This document shows positions 51,226 to 61,293 of a stretch of DNA of 64,000 bases, one piece after another (position 1 is the first letter of the stretch; each line of letters starts with the position of its first letter). The DNA lies in the NCBI GenBank assembly GCA_016124495.1, contig WGNP01000014.1, positions 36,442 to 100,441 of the forward strand, in the 5' to 3' direction. This DNA comes from Hyphomonas sp. Its GTDB lineage: Bacteria; Pseudomonadota; Alphaproteobacteria; Caulobacterales; Hyphomonadaceae. The position numbers and the translations under genes are program-made. A model generated the notes under the pieces. That model was not told the origin of the DNA. It searched no databases and was given only the letters and a program-made list of their open reading frames with translations.

Positions 51226-51990
51226 TTACTTGCCCTTCCAGACGGGTGCGCGTTTCTCGATGAAGGCTTTCGGGCCTTCGCGGTAGTCTTCGGTGTTAAT
51301 GATGCTGGCGAAGGCGGTGCCCGAAGCTTTCCAGAGTTCGTCATCCGTCTTGCTGGTCGCCTCGATGGCGACGGCGCGGCTGGCTGCCACGGCAAGCGGC
51401 GCATTGGCCGTGATGCGTGCGGCAAGTTTCATGGCCTCGTCCATCACCTGCGCTTCCGGCACAACCTTGTTGACCATGCCCAGCTCGTACGCGCGCTGAG
51501 ACGAGAGCGGGTCGCCCGTCAGGATCACTTCCAGCGCGGCCGCCTTGCCGATCACGCGCGGCAGGCGGAACAGGCCGCCGGCGCCGGCGACCAGCGAACG
51601 CTTCACTTCCGGCAGACCGAAATTGGTGTCATCAGCTGCAATGATCATGTCGCAGGAAAGCGCCACTTCGGTACCGCCGGCCAGCGCCGAGCCGGTGATT
51701 GCCGCGATCAGCGGCTTGGTGCGCTCGCGCCGGGCAATCCCGGCAAAGCCGCCCTTCCTGGTGGAGAGGGCGGCGCCATTGCCGGCGGAGATTTCCTTAA
51801 GGTCCGCGCCGGCGCAGAACGCCTTGCCGACGGCTGTCAGGATGCCGACCCAGACTTCCGGGTCTGATTCCATCTGGTCGAGCGCCGCTTCCATCGTTGC
51901 GGCCATCTCGCCATTGATGGCGTTGCGCGCTTCGGGGCGGTTCATGGTGATGATGGCCACATGGCCTTTCTTGACGTATTCGACGGGCAT
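51226..51990 (-). CDS. Enoyl-CoA hydratase/crotonase
   Basis: NRPEARNA, FCAGADL, AGGTE, FGLPEV. Confidence 0.93.
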   Translation of the reverse strand: MPVEYVKKGHVAIITMNRPEARNAINGEMAATMEAALDQMESDPEVWVGILTAVGKAFCAGADLKEISAGNGAALSTRKGGFAGIARRERTKPLIAAITGSALAGGTEVALSCDMIIAADDTNFGLPEVKRSLVAGAGGLFRLPRVIGKAAALEVILTGDPLSSQRAYELGMVNKVVPEAQVMDEAMKLAARITANAPLAVAASRAVAIEATSKTDDELWKASGTAFASIINTEDYREGPKAFIEKRAPVWKGK

Positions 51991-52098
51991 GGAATCTCCT
52001 CCTCTGGGGCTTTCTTGAGGGAGAGCTAAGAGCCCTTCCGCAACGTCGCGCAAGCACCCCTCTTGCCGGACGCAGGGTCAGGGGTTTCAGATGCGGGC

Positions 52099-53292
52099 AT
52101 GAAACTCGACCTTGATCCCGAATACGAAGCCTTTCGCGCCGAAGTCTCCGAGACACTCGCGAAGAACCGCCACCTCGCCCCCACGTCTGAGGACAAGGGT
52201 TACAAGAATGCGAGGCGCATCGTCTGGCAGAAGCTGCTGATCGGGCACGGCCTCGCCGCACGCACGATCCCGGTAGCTTATGGCGGATATGGCGGCGAGC
52301 CGGACATCCTCAAGGCGCGTATCATCGCTGAGGAATTTGCCCGCACCCGCACGCCAGGTCCGATGGCAGGGCAGGGCATCTCGATGCTCGTGCCGACGCT
52401 GCTGGAGCTTGGCACCGAGGCCCAGAAGCGGGCCTATATCCGACCGACCATCGAAGGCGAAATGATCTGGTGCCAGGGCTATTCCGAACCCGGCGCAGGA
52501 TCGGACCTCGCTGCGCTGCGCACCTCGGCGGTGGAAGACGGCGACCATTATGTGATCAATGGCTCGAAGATCTGGACATCGACCGCCAGGCAGGCCGACA
52601 TGATCTTCTGCCTCGTGCGCACGGACCCCGCGGCAAAGAAGCATGAGGGCATCACCTACATCACCTTCCCGATGTCGACGCCTGGCATCGAGGTGCGCCC
52701 GCTGGTCGATATGACCGGCAGCGCCAACTTCAATGAAGTTTTTTTCACGAACGTCCGTGTACCGAAGAGCGGCGTGATCGCGAAACCGAATGTCGGCTGG
52801 CAGGTAGCGAATGCCACGCTCACCCACGAGCGCGGCATGCTGGGCGATCCGAACGCCACTAAGGCGCGCTTCCTCGAACTCGTCATGCTTATGAAAGACG
52901 AAAGCGTCAACGGCCAGCGCCTGATCGACAATCCGCACCTGCGTGACCGGCTGATGAAACTCCAGTCTGAAGTCTACGCCATGCAGGCGAACGGCCTGCG
53001 GATCACCACGAGCCGCCTGAAGGGCGAGCCGGCGGGGCTTGCCGGACTGATCGTGAAACTGAACGGATGCGACCTCAACCATGAGATCGCCCGCCTCGCC
53101 ATCGATGCGCTCGGCGAGCTCGGCATCCTCTATGAGGACGGCGAACATCTGCGCGCCGACGGCAGCTGGCAGTGGCGCTACATGTATGACCTCGGCCTGA
53201 TCATCGGTGGCGGCACCGCCCAGATCCAGAAGAACATCATCGCGGAACGCGGGCTGAACATGCCGCGCGAACCGAAGCTGGCGAAGGGGTAA
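52099..53292 (+). CDS. Acyl-CoA dehydrogenase (first of tandem pair)
   Basis: WCQGYSEPGAGSDLA, NGSKIWTS, FNEVFF, TLTHERG, GGGTAQIQKNIIAER. Confidence 0.93.
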   Translation: MKLDLDPEYEAFRAEVSETLAKNRHLAPTSEDKGYKNARRIVWQKLLIGHGLAARTIPVAYGGYGGEPDILKARIIAEEFARTRTPGPMAGQGISMLVPTLLELGTEAQKRAYIRPTIEGEMIWCQGYSEPGAGSDLAALRTSAVEDGDHYVINGSKIWTSTARQADMIFCLVRTDPAAKKHEGITYITFPMSTPGIEVRPLVDMTGSANFNEVFFTNVRVPKSGVIAKPNVGWQVANATLTHERGMLGDPNATKARFLELVMLMKDESVNGQRLIDNPHLRDRLMKLQSEVYAMQANGLRITTSRLKGEPAGLAGLIVKLNGCDLNHEIARLAIDALGELGILYEDGEHLRADGSWQWRYMYDLGLIIGGGTAQIQKNIIAERGLNMPREPKLAKG

Positions 53293-53297
53293 GGCTC

Positions 53298-54341
53298 ATG
53301 GAATTTGCACTCTCTGACGACCAGCGCCTGTTGCAGGACAGCCTTAAGGGCGTGCTCGCGGGCGCCGCCTCGCTCGAACAGGTCCGCAGGATCGCCGCAG
53401 GTGACACAGAAGCCTCCGGCGCGCTGGACACCGCGCTCGCCGATTTCGGCCTCGCCTCGCTGCTCGTCTCCGAAGATGCCGGCGGTCTCGGTCTCGGCCT
53501 GCTGGATGCCTGCCTTGTCCAGGAAGTGCTCGGCTATCATGCCGCGCCATCAGGCTTCCTCGCGAACGTGCTCGCAGTAACCGCGCTCGGGACATATCCT
53601 GAACTTCTGACGCGGATCGCGGCCGGCGAGACAAAGTTCGGGCTGGCGGTGACGGAGTTGACCTCCCGCCGGGATGGGGCAGGGGTGTCCCTCGCGAACG
53701 GAAAGCTCTCCGGCAAGTCGCTGCTGGCGATGAATATCGAGGGGGCAACGCACGTGCTCGTGGCCGATAATGACGCGCGCCTGCATGTCGTCGAAGCGAT
53801 ACCAGATGCTGTCCAGATGAGAACGATTGATCAAACGCGTGCATTCCATGAAGTGAAATTTGCGGGCTCCAGGCCCGTTGCGACGCTGGAAACCTGTGAC
53901 CGCTTCCTCGCCGTCGCCCGCCTGCTGATTGCCGCAGACACCCTCGGCGCGGCGCAGGCGATGATCGATAAGGCGGTCGCCTATGCCGGCGACCGCCAGC
54001 AGTTCGGCCGCGTGATCGGGTCATTCCAGGCGGTCAAGCACATGTGCGCCGAAATGGCCGCAAAGCTCGAGCCCGGCAGGGCTTTAATCTGGCACGCCGC
54101 CCACGCGCTGGACATCGGCGACCCCGAAGGCCCCGTGATGGCGAACCTCGCGAAGTCCTACATGGCCGAAGCCGGAACCTTCATCGCCCGCACCTCGACC
54201 GAGGTCCACGGCGGCATGGGCTTCACCGATCTCGTCGGCCTGCACTACTGGTTCAAGCGCATCGGCGTGAACCGGCAGCTCTTCGGATCGCCCGAACAGG
54301 CACGCGAGACGGCCGCAGAGTTGCAGGGTTTGCTGGCTTAA
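53298..54341 (+). CDS. Acyl-CoA dehydrogenase (second, shorter member of pair)
   Basis: RQQFGRVIGSFQAVKH, EVHGGMGFT, HYWFKR; 5 nt after the first ACAD. Confidence 0.9.
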   Translation: MEFALSDDQRLLQDSLKGVLAGAASLEQVRRIAAGDTEASGALDTALADFGLASLLVSEDAGGLGLGLLDACLVQEVLGYHAAPSGFLANVLAVTALGTYPELLTRIAAGETKFGLAVTELTSRRDGAGVSLANGKLSGKSLLAMNIEGATHVLVADNDARLHVVEAIPDAVQMRTIDQTRAFHEVKFAGSRPVATLETCDRFLAVARLLIAADTLGAAQAMIDKAVAYAGDRQQFGRVIGSFQAVKHMCAEMAAKLEPGRALIWHAAHALDIGDPEGPVMANLAKSYMAEAGTFIARTSTEVHGGMGFTDLVGLHYWFKRIGVNRQLFGSPEQARETAAELQGLLA

Positions 54342-54441
54342 GAGCCGACACAGCTTCTCCGCGAGTTTCGCCGTGCCGTGTGCTTGAACGTGCAAGCGAG
54401 TTTTCGCCAAATGCACGCTCCAGCCGTGCTCGGGGAGGCCG

Positions 54442-55288
54442 TTGATGACTGAAGTCCGGATCAGTTATGCAGGCCTTGCCCGGCGCGCGGCCTGGTTCGA
54501 ATTCCGGCGGTCAAGCTGCGGGGAGCTGGAGGCCGGCCTGTCGCCCGCAGAACGCCTGACCGGTCAGTCGATGGCCACACCCGCCTCGGTTCACTGGACC
54601 GGCGGATGGAATTCTTCGCGCCGCTGCCCTGCTTTGCGCGCGGCGCGAGACAGGACGGCAAGCGCTCGGTGGCCTCGCCCGGATTCCGCGCCATCTGAGG
54701 GCGATTGCCGGACCTCTGGGGACAGGACCGGCTACGCGTCTCGCAGGAACAGGCCGCATGAGACTGCGTCCGGACTTCGGCGGGCTGTCGCTGACACGTC
54801 TGCTGGAGCCGGCGATGCGGGCGCGGTTTTCCGCCGGGCCGGTGCGTACGCCTGAGGACTACCAGCAGGCGATGATCCCGTGCGCGGCGGTCTGCATGGC
54901 CGGGCAGGACTGTCCGTATCAGGAGGAGTATGACGGGAATGACTTTTCCTGCACCCACGTCCTCGTGCGCGAGGGCGCGCGCCCCGCAGGCACCTGCCGG
55001 ATGCGCTGATTTGCAAGTTTCGCCAAGAGCGAGCCCTATAAGTTCATTCCGGCCTGCCGTGTCTCACCGGCGCAGATCCAGTCCCGGCTCTGGCCGGCCT
55101 GGAGCCGGGTGTTGATCGGGCGGGCGCACTTTGCCTTTTCGGATTTTGACTATTGCGAGATGGAAATCCCGGTCGCCCAGCCTCCGCAGGTGCTGACGAT
55201 CCGGGCGGACCCCTTGCAGATCATCCGGCCGGAAGAGGACAGGGGCCAGCCGGGGCGGCCTGAGGCCGGGGTCAATGAAACAGGCTGA
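54442..55288 (+). pseudogene. Decayed GNAT-like acyltransferase
   Basis: CPYQEEYDGNDFSCTH...GTCRMR*FASFAK (TGA at 55007 where Trp is expected), continuing to FAFSDFDYCEME...DPLQIIRPE; upstream frameshifts. Confidence 0.65.
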
Positions 55289-55378
55289 CCGCTTGTTTTT
55301 CGCCGCGAGCCGCGCCACTAACAACGTTGTCGCCCGGTCTTGGTGCGGCCTGGCGTTCCCCGCTTTCAGGACCTGCCC

Positions 55379-56014
55379 ATGTCCGTCAACCCTCTGAAAC
55401 TCGATGCCGCCGCGCGCAAGGCGCCAGTCGTGCCCGTGATCGTTGTCGACTCTGCGCGTCATGCCGCGCCGCTGGCCCGCACACTGGTGAAGGCCGGGGT
55501 AACCATCGCGGAAGTGACCCTGCGCACCCCTGCGGGCCTTGAGGCGATTGCCGCGATGCGGGCCGAGGCGCCGGAATTGCTTGTCGGCGCGGGCACCGTC
55601 CTGACCGGGCAGGACGCCGATGCGGCATTGAAAGCCGGTGCGGAATTCCTGGTCTCGCCGGGCATGTCGCCAGGGCTTAGGGACGCGCTGCGCGGGCGGG
55701 AACACGTCATGATTCCGGGCATTGCGACCGCCAGCGAGGCGATGACGCGCCACGAGGAGGGCTTTGCCCGGCTGAAGCTGTTTCCGGCGGCGGTTGCGGG
55801 CGGAGTGCCGGCGCTGAAGGCTCTGGCTGGGCCCTTGCCGCACCTGCGGTTCATGCCGACCGGCGGCATCGGCGAGGGCGAGGTGAAGACCTATCTGAGC
55901 CTGCCCAACGTTTTCGCAATCGGCGGCTCCTGGATTGCCAGCCAGTCCGACATTGCAGCCGGGAACTGGGGCCGGATCGACGAAATCGCGCGCCGATTGC
56001 TGGCGCTGGCATAG
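55379..56014 (+). CDS. eda: KDPG/KHG aldolase
   Basis: AEVTLRTP, GAGTV, FLVSPG, KLFPA, FMPTGGI, GGSW. Confidence 0.95.
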   Translation: MSVNPLKLDAAARKAPVVPVIVVDSARHAAPLARTLVKAGVTIAEVTLRTPAGLEAIAAMRAEAPELLVGAGTVLTGQDADAALKAGAEFLVSPGMSPGLRDALRGREHVMIPGIATASEAMTRHEEGFARLKLFPAAVAGGVPALKALAGPLPHLRFMPTGGIGEGEVKTYLSLPNVFAIGGSWIASQSDIAAGNWGRIDEIARRLLALA

Positions 56015-56090
56015 CCAGTGCACCAATCCTTAAGGGCGGCGCCGGATATCCCGATCCGGCACGCGCCGCAGCCATGGGGATGGACAAAGC

Positions 56091-56867
56091 ATGAAGGCAG
56101 TCATTTTTGCAGGCGGTTTCGGTACGCGCCTGAGCGAGGAAACGGCTCTGCGGCCGAAGCCGATGGTCGAAATCGCCGACCGTCCGATCCTGCACCACAT
56201 CATGGAAATGTATGCCGCGCACGGGATCAACGAGTTCGTCGTGCTGGGCGGCTACAAGGTCGGTTTCATCAAGGATTATTTCCTTAACTATCACTGGCGC
56301 AAAAGCGACTTCACCATCGACCTGTCGAACGGCGAGATCCTCTGGTCCGACAAGCAGGCGCTGCCCTGGAAAGTAACCGTGCTGGACACCGGCGTCGACA
56401 CGATGACCGGCGGCCGCCTGAAGCGGGCCCGCAAGGTGATCGGCAACGAGACCTTCTGCCTGACCTATGGTGACGGCGTGTCGGATGTGGACATCACCGC
56501 GCTGATCGAATTCCACAAGGCTTCCGGCGCCCGCGCGACCGTGACCGCCGTCTCGCCGCCCGGCCGTTTCGGCGTTATGGGCCTTTCGAATGATACGCCC
56601 ATCGTGCAGTCCTTCCGCGAGAAGGACTCCGCAGACGTTGGCCTGATCAATGGCGGCTTCTTCGTCTGCGAACCCGACGTGATCGACCTCGTGGACGGCG
56701 ACGCAACCGTCTGGGAGCAGGAACCGATGAACCGGCTCGTCGGGGCAGGCCAGCTGGCCGCATATCGCCATACCGGCTTCTGGCAGGCCATGGATACCGT
56801 CCGTGACCGGCAGGTTCTGGAAGCGGCCTATGCCAAGGGCGCGCCCTGGCTCAAGCACGTGAAGTGA
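56091..56867 (+). CDS. rfbF: Glucose-1-phosphate cytidylyltransferase
   Basis: AGGFGTRLSEET..RPKPMVEI, TMTGGRL, TYGDG, INGGFF, GFWQAMDT. Confidence 0.95.
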   Translation: MKAVIFAGGFGTRLSEETALRPKPMVEIADRPILHHIMEMYAAHGINEFVVLGGYKVGFIKDYFLNYHWRKSDFTIDLSNGEILWSDKQALPWKVTVLDTGVDTMTGGRLKRARKVIGNETFCLTYGDGVSDVDITALIEFHKASGARATVTAVSPPGRFGVMGLSNDTPIVQSFREKDSADVGLINGGFFVCEPDVIDLVDGDATVWEQEPMNRLVGAGQLAAYRHTGFWQAMDTVRDRQVLEAAYAKGAPWLKHVK

Positions 56868-56871
56868 TCGC

Positions 56872-57402
56872 ATGAAATTCCATCCCACTATGCTCAAGGA
56901 TGCCGTGCTGATCGACTTGGAACGGCGGGGGGATGATCGCGGATTCTTCGCGCGCACCTTCTGCGCCCACGAGTTCGCTGCGAACGGCCTGCCCACCAAA
57001 TTCGTGCAGCAAAACATGTCCTACTCGGCAACCAAGGGCACGATTCGCGGGATGCACTTCCAGCGCGCCCCGCACGCCGAGGACAAGCTGATCCGCTGCC
57101 TGCGCGGCGCGATTGTCGACATTATTCTCGACCTCCGCCCGGACTCGCCGACCTACAAGCAGTGGGAAGCGTTCGAACTGAACGAAGAAAACAAGCGCCA
57201 GCTGCTGGTGCCCAAGGGCTTTGCCCATGGGTTCCAGACGGTCAGCGACCATGTCGAAGTCACCTACCTGGTGTCCGCGCGCTATAACGGCGCGGCGGAA
57301 GGCGGCGTGCGTTGGAACGATCCGGCGTTTGGCATCACCTGGCCGCTGGCGCCGACGGAAATGTCGGACAAGGACAAGCAGTGGGCAGACTTCGCCGGCT
57401 GA
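56872..57402 (+). CDS. rfbC: NDP-4-keto-sugar 3,5-epimerase (RmlC/RfbC cupin family)
   Basis: GDDRGFFAR, RGMHFQ, VPKGFAHGFQT, RWNDP. Confidence 0.9.
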   Translation: MKFHPTMLKDAVLIDLERRGDDRGFFARTFCAHEFAANGLPTKFVQQNMSYSATKGTIRGMHFQRAPHAEDKLIRCLRGAIVDIILDLRPDSPTYKQWEAFELNEENKRQLLVPKGFAHGFQTVSDHVEVTYLVSARYNGAAEGGVRWNDPAFGITWPLAPTEMSDKDKQWADFAG

Positions 57403-57434
57403 GGCAGTCTCGTTTTTTTGCTCAGGGCACAAAT

Positions 57435-57470
57435 CAAAAGCGCCGCTCGCTTGAGCGGCGCTTTTGTTTT
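57435..57470. terminator. Bidirectional terminator between rfbC and ugd
   Basis: caaaagcgccgctc gctt gagcggcgcttttg tttt. Confidence 0.85.
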
Positions 57471-57485
57471 TGGAGGAGTCTAAGC

Positions 57486-58835
57486 TCAGGCGACCGGTTC
57501 GGCTTTCAAGCCGATGCCGGCATAGGCGCGGACGCTGTCTTTCGCTAGCAGGCGGCGGCCATCGACCACGTAGGGGTTGGCGCCGGTCGTCTCGAGCAGG
57601 GCCGGAAGGGCGCGGAATTCGGGCCAGCCGGTCATGATCAGGATGGCGTCCACGCCGGCCACAGTACCGTCGAGACTGTCCACGAAGGTGACACCCGACG
57701 GGAAGACTTTCTCGGCTTCATGGCGGGCGATCGGGTCGAACGCCGTGATCACCGCGCCGGCGCCCAGCAGGGCCTGCGTGACGGGGAGCGACGGGCTTTC
57801 GCGGATATCATCCGTACCCGGCTTGAACGCCATGCCGAGGACCGCAACTTTTACCCCGGCGAGATCCGGGAAGCGCAGCTTCAGCATCTCGATCATGCGG
57901 GCCGGCTGGTCCGCGTTGACGGAGATGACCGACTTCAGAAGGTCCATCCGGGCGCCCTTGCCGGCGCCATGCGCGATCAGGGCTTTCACGTCTTTCGGGA
58001 AGCAGCTGCCGCCGAAGCCGCAACCGGCGGCGAGGTAGGAGATGAAGCCCGGGATGACGCGCTCGCCGTCCTTGCGGATCGGGGTGAAGCGCTTGTCGAG
58101 GTGCACGCCGCGCATGACTTCGACGACGTCCACGCCGACCGTGGCCGACAGGTTGCCGATCTCGTTCGAGAATGAGATCAGCGTCGCGAGCAGGGAGTTG
58201 GCGGTGTACTTGATCATCTCGGCCGTGCGCGGCTTCGTCTGGATCACGTCGACATCCGGGAACACGTCATAGATTTTCGCCATGACGCCGATGGTGCGCG
58301 CGTCGATGCCGCCCAGTACGATACGGTCCGGGTACATGAAGTCGTCGATGGCCTCGCCTTCCTTAAGGAATTCGGGGTTCATGCCGACGCCGAAATCGCG
58401 GCCGGCTTTCTTGCCCGAGGCTTCTTCGAGGATCGGCAGGACAACGTCTTCCGTGGTGCCGGGGACGACCGTGCTCTTCACGATGACGACATGGTAGGCT
58501 TCATGGTCTTTCAGCGCTTCGCCGATCTGCCGGGCCGCGGCGCGGATGTATTTGAGGTCTATCAGATCGCCGTCGAAGGGCGTGCCGACCGCGATCAGGG
58601 AAATGTCCGCACCCTGAACAGCCCTCTTCAGGTCCGTCGTGGCGGTGAGGTGCGAAGGCACGACCTGGTCGAGCAGTTCCTGCAGGCCGGCTTCGTAGAT
58701 GGGCGGCTTGCGGTCGTTGATATGGGCGACCTTGGCGGGATCAACGTCCACACAGACAACCTCATGCCCCTTTGAGGCAAGGCAGGCGCCGGAAACGAGG
58801 CCGACATACCCAGTACCGATGATGGCGACTTTCAT
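57486..58835 (-). CDS. ugd: UDP-glucose/GDP-mannose dehydrogenase family protein
   Basis: GTGYVGL, VKSTV, NPEFLKEG, GFGGSCFPKD, LGMAFKP..DDIRES. Confidence 0.93.
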   Translation of the reverse strand: MKVAIIGTGYVGLVSGACLASKGHEVVCVDVDPAKVAHINDRKPPIYEAGLQELLDQVVPSHLTATTDLKRAVQGADISLIAVGTPFDGDLIDLKYIRAAARQIGEALKDHEAYHVVIVKSTVVPGTTEDVVLPILEEASGKKAGRDFGVGMNPEFLKEGEAIDDFMYPDRIVLGGIDARTIGVMAKIYDVFPDVDVIQTKPRTAEMIKYTANSLLATLISFSNEIGNLSATVGVDVVEVMRGVHLDKRFTPIRKDGERVIPGFISYLAAGCGFGGSCFPKDVKALIAHGAGKGARMDLLKSVISVNADQPARMIEMLKLRFPDLAGVKVAVLGMAFKPGTDDIRESPSLPVTQALLGAGAVITAFDPIARHEAEKVFPSGVTFVDSLDGTVAGVDAILIMTGWPEFRALPALLETTGANPYVVDGRRLLAKDSVRAYAGIGLKAEPVA

Positions 58836-59944
58836 TAGGCGAGCTCCGCGACCTGATTGCCGGCATACCAGAGGAGGGAGCGTTTCAGCCCTTCGTCCGG
58901 ACCGATTGTGGGTTCATATCCGAGTTCCGTACGTGCCTTGGTGATGATGGGGCATCGGCGGTTCGGGTTATCTGTGAGGTATTCGGCGTCGTCCGATTTG
59001 CCGAGCACAACTTTGCCCTTGTAGCCGAATTCTTCGGCGGCAATGCTCGTGACGCGGCGGGCGAGTTCGGCCATGCTGATTTCGGGCGTCTCGGTGCCGA
59101 TGTTATAGGCTTCGCCAGGGCGGCCGCGGACCAGGATTTTGTAATAGCCGACAATCGCGTCCGCGATGTAGCAGAAGGTGCGCGTTGGGGCCCCGTCCGA
59201 CAGCATGACAATGTCGCGGCCTGCGAAGATGTCCCGGGCGAAGTCCGGCAGGACGCGGCCATCGGTGATCTTCAGGCCGGGCCCGTAGTTGTTGAAGGGG
59301 CGCGCCATCTTGACGGGTACCTTGTGGACCTGGGCGAAGGCGACGCACAGGGTTTCGCCATAGCGCTTGGATTCATCGTAGCAGGCGCGCGGGCCGGTAC
59401 AGGAGACGTTGCCGCGATAGGTTTCAGGTGTGGGGATACTGTCCGGGGTCGGATCACCGTAGATTTCGCTGGTCGAGTAGAAGAGGAAGCCCGACATCGG
59501 CTTGCCTTTGGCAGCGAGGTCGCGGGCATACTCGAGAAGCAGGCGCAGGCCGTTGACGTTTGCATCCATTGTCTCGAGCGGGAACTGGCGATAGAAGATC
59601 GGCGAGGCGATAGAGGCCGCGTGGACCAGGTAGTCCTGGGGCGGAAGGTCTGCGGGGAGGGCGTCCAGCACGTCGTGCTTGCGAAGCGTCAGGTCCTTGC
59701 GGCCTTCCAGTGCTTTCAGCCAGTCCGGCATGCCGCGCATGTAATTGTCGAACACGGTCAGCTGGATCGGCGCCTTGCCTGAAACGTCGTTGTAGTACAA
59801 CGCCGCCTGCACAAGGTAATATCCGAGGAAGCCAGCGCCGCCGATGATCAGCAAGCGCTTGCCGGCCATCTCGCCGAATTCGGAGGAGAGACGTTCCGCC
59901 ATATAAGCGAGGTCGGTCTTGACGATGTCTTGGGCAGTTTTCAT
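58835..59944 (-). CDS. NAD-dependent epimerase/decarboxylase, UDP-glucuronate decarboxylase (UXS)-like
   Basis: GGAGFLG, HAASIASP, STSEIYG, RACYDESKR, RPFNNYGP, TRTFCY. Confidence 0.88.
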   Translation of the reverse strand: MKTAQDIVKTDLAYMAERLSSEFGEMAGKRLLIIGGAGFLGYYLVQAALYYNDVSGKAPIQLTVFDNYMRGMPDWLKALEGRKDLTLRKHDVLDALPADLPPQDYLVHAASIASPIFYRQFPLETMDANVNGLRLLLEYARDLAAKGKPMSGFLFYSTSEIYGDPTPDSIPTPETYRGNVSCTGPRACYDESKRYGETLCVAFAQVHKVPVKMARPFNNYGPGLKITDGRVLPDFARDIFAGRDIVMLSDGAPTRTFCYIADAIVGYYKILVRGRPGEAYNIGTETPEISMAELARRVTSIAAEEFGYKGKVVLGKSDDAEYLTDNPNRRCPIITKARTELGYEPTIGPDEGLKRSLLWYAGNQVAELA

Positions 59945-59973
59945 GAACGCAACTCGGTCTTTGGAAGGGAGGA

Positions 59974-61293
59974 TCAGTGAGAGGTCGCCGGCATGCGGGC
60001 CGGTGCGAATTTGGCGTCTTGCTTGGCGCGCAGCTGGTGCGGCAGATCGTTCGTGGGCGGAATGACGTCGTCCCAGCTGATGGCTTCGTCCTTGTTGATG
60101 TTGCGCGTCAGGCGGCAGCCTTCGGCAAGGCCCATCGGCAGGAGGCGGTCCTTCTGCTGGATGGCGGCCGTTTCGCAGACGCCGTAGGTCATGAAGCCGC
60201 CGATGCCGTCGATGGTTTCGCCGGCCTTGAGCGGCCGCTTGGCAATGGTGATCACTTCGACCACCGGCGGGCCGAGCGGCTCAATCGGCACGTCCTTGAG
60301 GAGCGCAACGCGTGCAATCGAATTGTGCACTTCCAGCGAGGTGAGGTGCCAGCCGGTATAGAAGCTGTAGAGCGGGCCCTGGCCGAGCTTTCCGTAGTTC
60401 AGGTAAATCTTCTGGATCTCGTCCCTGGCTTCAGCGAACACGTAGACCCCGGGGCTCGGCGCGGCGCCGACGACATAGTCCACGATGCCGCCGAGGGCGC
60501 GCAGCTGGTCGATGTCGTACATGTCCACCATCTGATCGACATGGCCCTTGAACTCGTGGCCGATCATGCCGCGCTGGGCGATGGTCATGCCGGTCGCATT
60601 GGCGGTAATCGCCTGTTCGAAGGAAATCTTGGTGCCGTCGGCAAAGCTGGTCACCATCTCCGGGGTCTGGCCCCATTGCTTGGCGAAGGCGGCCTGTGTT
60701 TCCGGCGTACGGTAGCGGTCCTGCAAGCCCTTGATGTTGCCGCAGAGCAGTGGCGTCATGCCGAGCTGTTTGACATAGCGCCAGAGGTTGATCTGCACGG
60801 CCGGCTGGTCGCCGTCGGCGCCGGAGAGGATGACGCCCGCTTCGTCGGCCATGGCCTTGAGCACCGGGCCGCAGGTCGCATCGAGCTCGGCATTCATCGA
60901 CACCATTGGCTTGCGATGCTGGATCGAGAGCGTGGTGGCGAGGGCGCCGTAGCCGACATGGCCGGTCGCTTCGAGGGTGATGTCGATGAGGCCGGCGCTG
61001 GCGGCGACGGCGGGATCGTTGGTGACAGCATATTTGCCATCGCGGATCGCCTGGTCTAGTGCGGCGGCGGAAGTCACTTCCTGAATATCTTCCCGCGCGA
61101 CTCCTACGGCGGTATAGCAACCGATGGCTTTGTCGACCGTTCGATTGCAGATAACGGCGAGGCGCAGGCCAGGCGTGTACCTTACGATCTGGGTGGTGAT
61201 GCCCCGCGCCATGTATCCGGCGCCGAACATGGCGACCTGAACCGGACGCCTTTCAGCAACGCGCGCGGCAAGAGCTGTATCCACAAACAGCAT
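59974..61293 (-). CDS. NAD(P)-dependent oxidoreductase with C-terminal SAF domain
   Basis: GAGYMARG, NAELD, GDQPA, DGTKISFE, IDGIGG..TYG, LPMGLAEG. Confidence 0.85.
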   Translation of the reverse strand: MLFVDTALAARVAERRPVQVAMFGAGYMARGITTQIVRYTPGLRLAVICNRTVDKAIGCYTAVGVAREDIQEVTSAAALDQAIRDGKYAVTNDPAVAASAGLIDITLEATGHVGYGALATTLSIQHRKPMVSMNAELDATCGPVLKAMADEAGVILSGADGDQPAVQINLWRYVKQLGMTPLLCGNIKGLQDRYRTPETQAAFAKQWGQTPEMVTSFADGTKISFEQAITANATGMTIAQRGMIGHEFKGHVDQMVDMYDIDQLRALGGIVDYVVGAAPSPGVYVFAEARDEIQKIYLNYGKLGQGPLYSFYTGWHLTSLEVHNSIARVALLKDVPIEPLGPPVVEVITIAKRPLKAGETIDGIGGFMTYGVCETAAIQQKDRLLPMGLAEGCRLTRNINKDEAISWDDVIPPTNDLPHQLRAKQDAKFAPARMPATSH

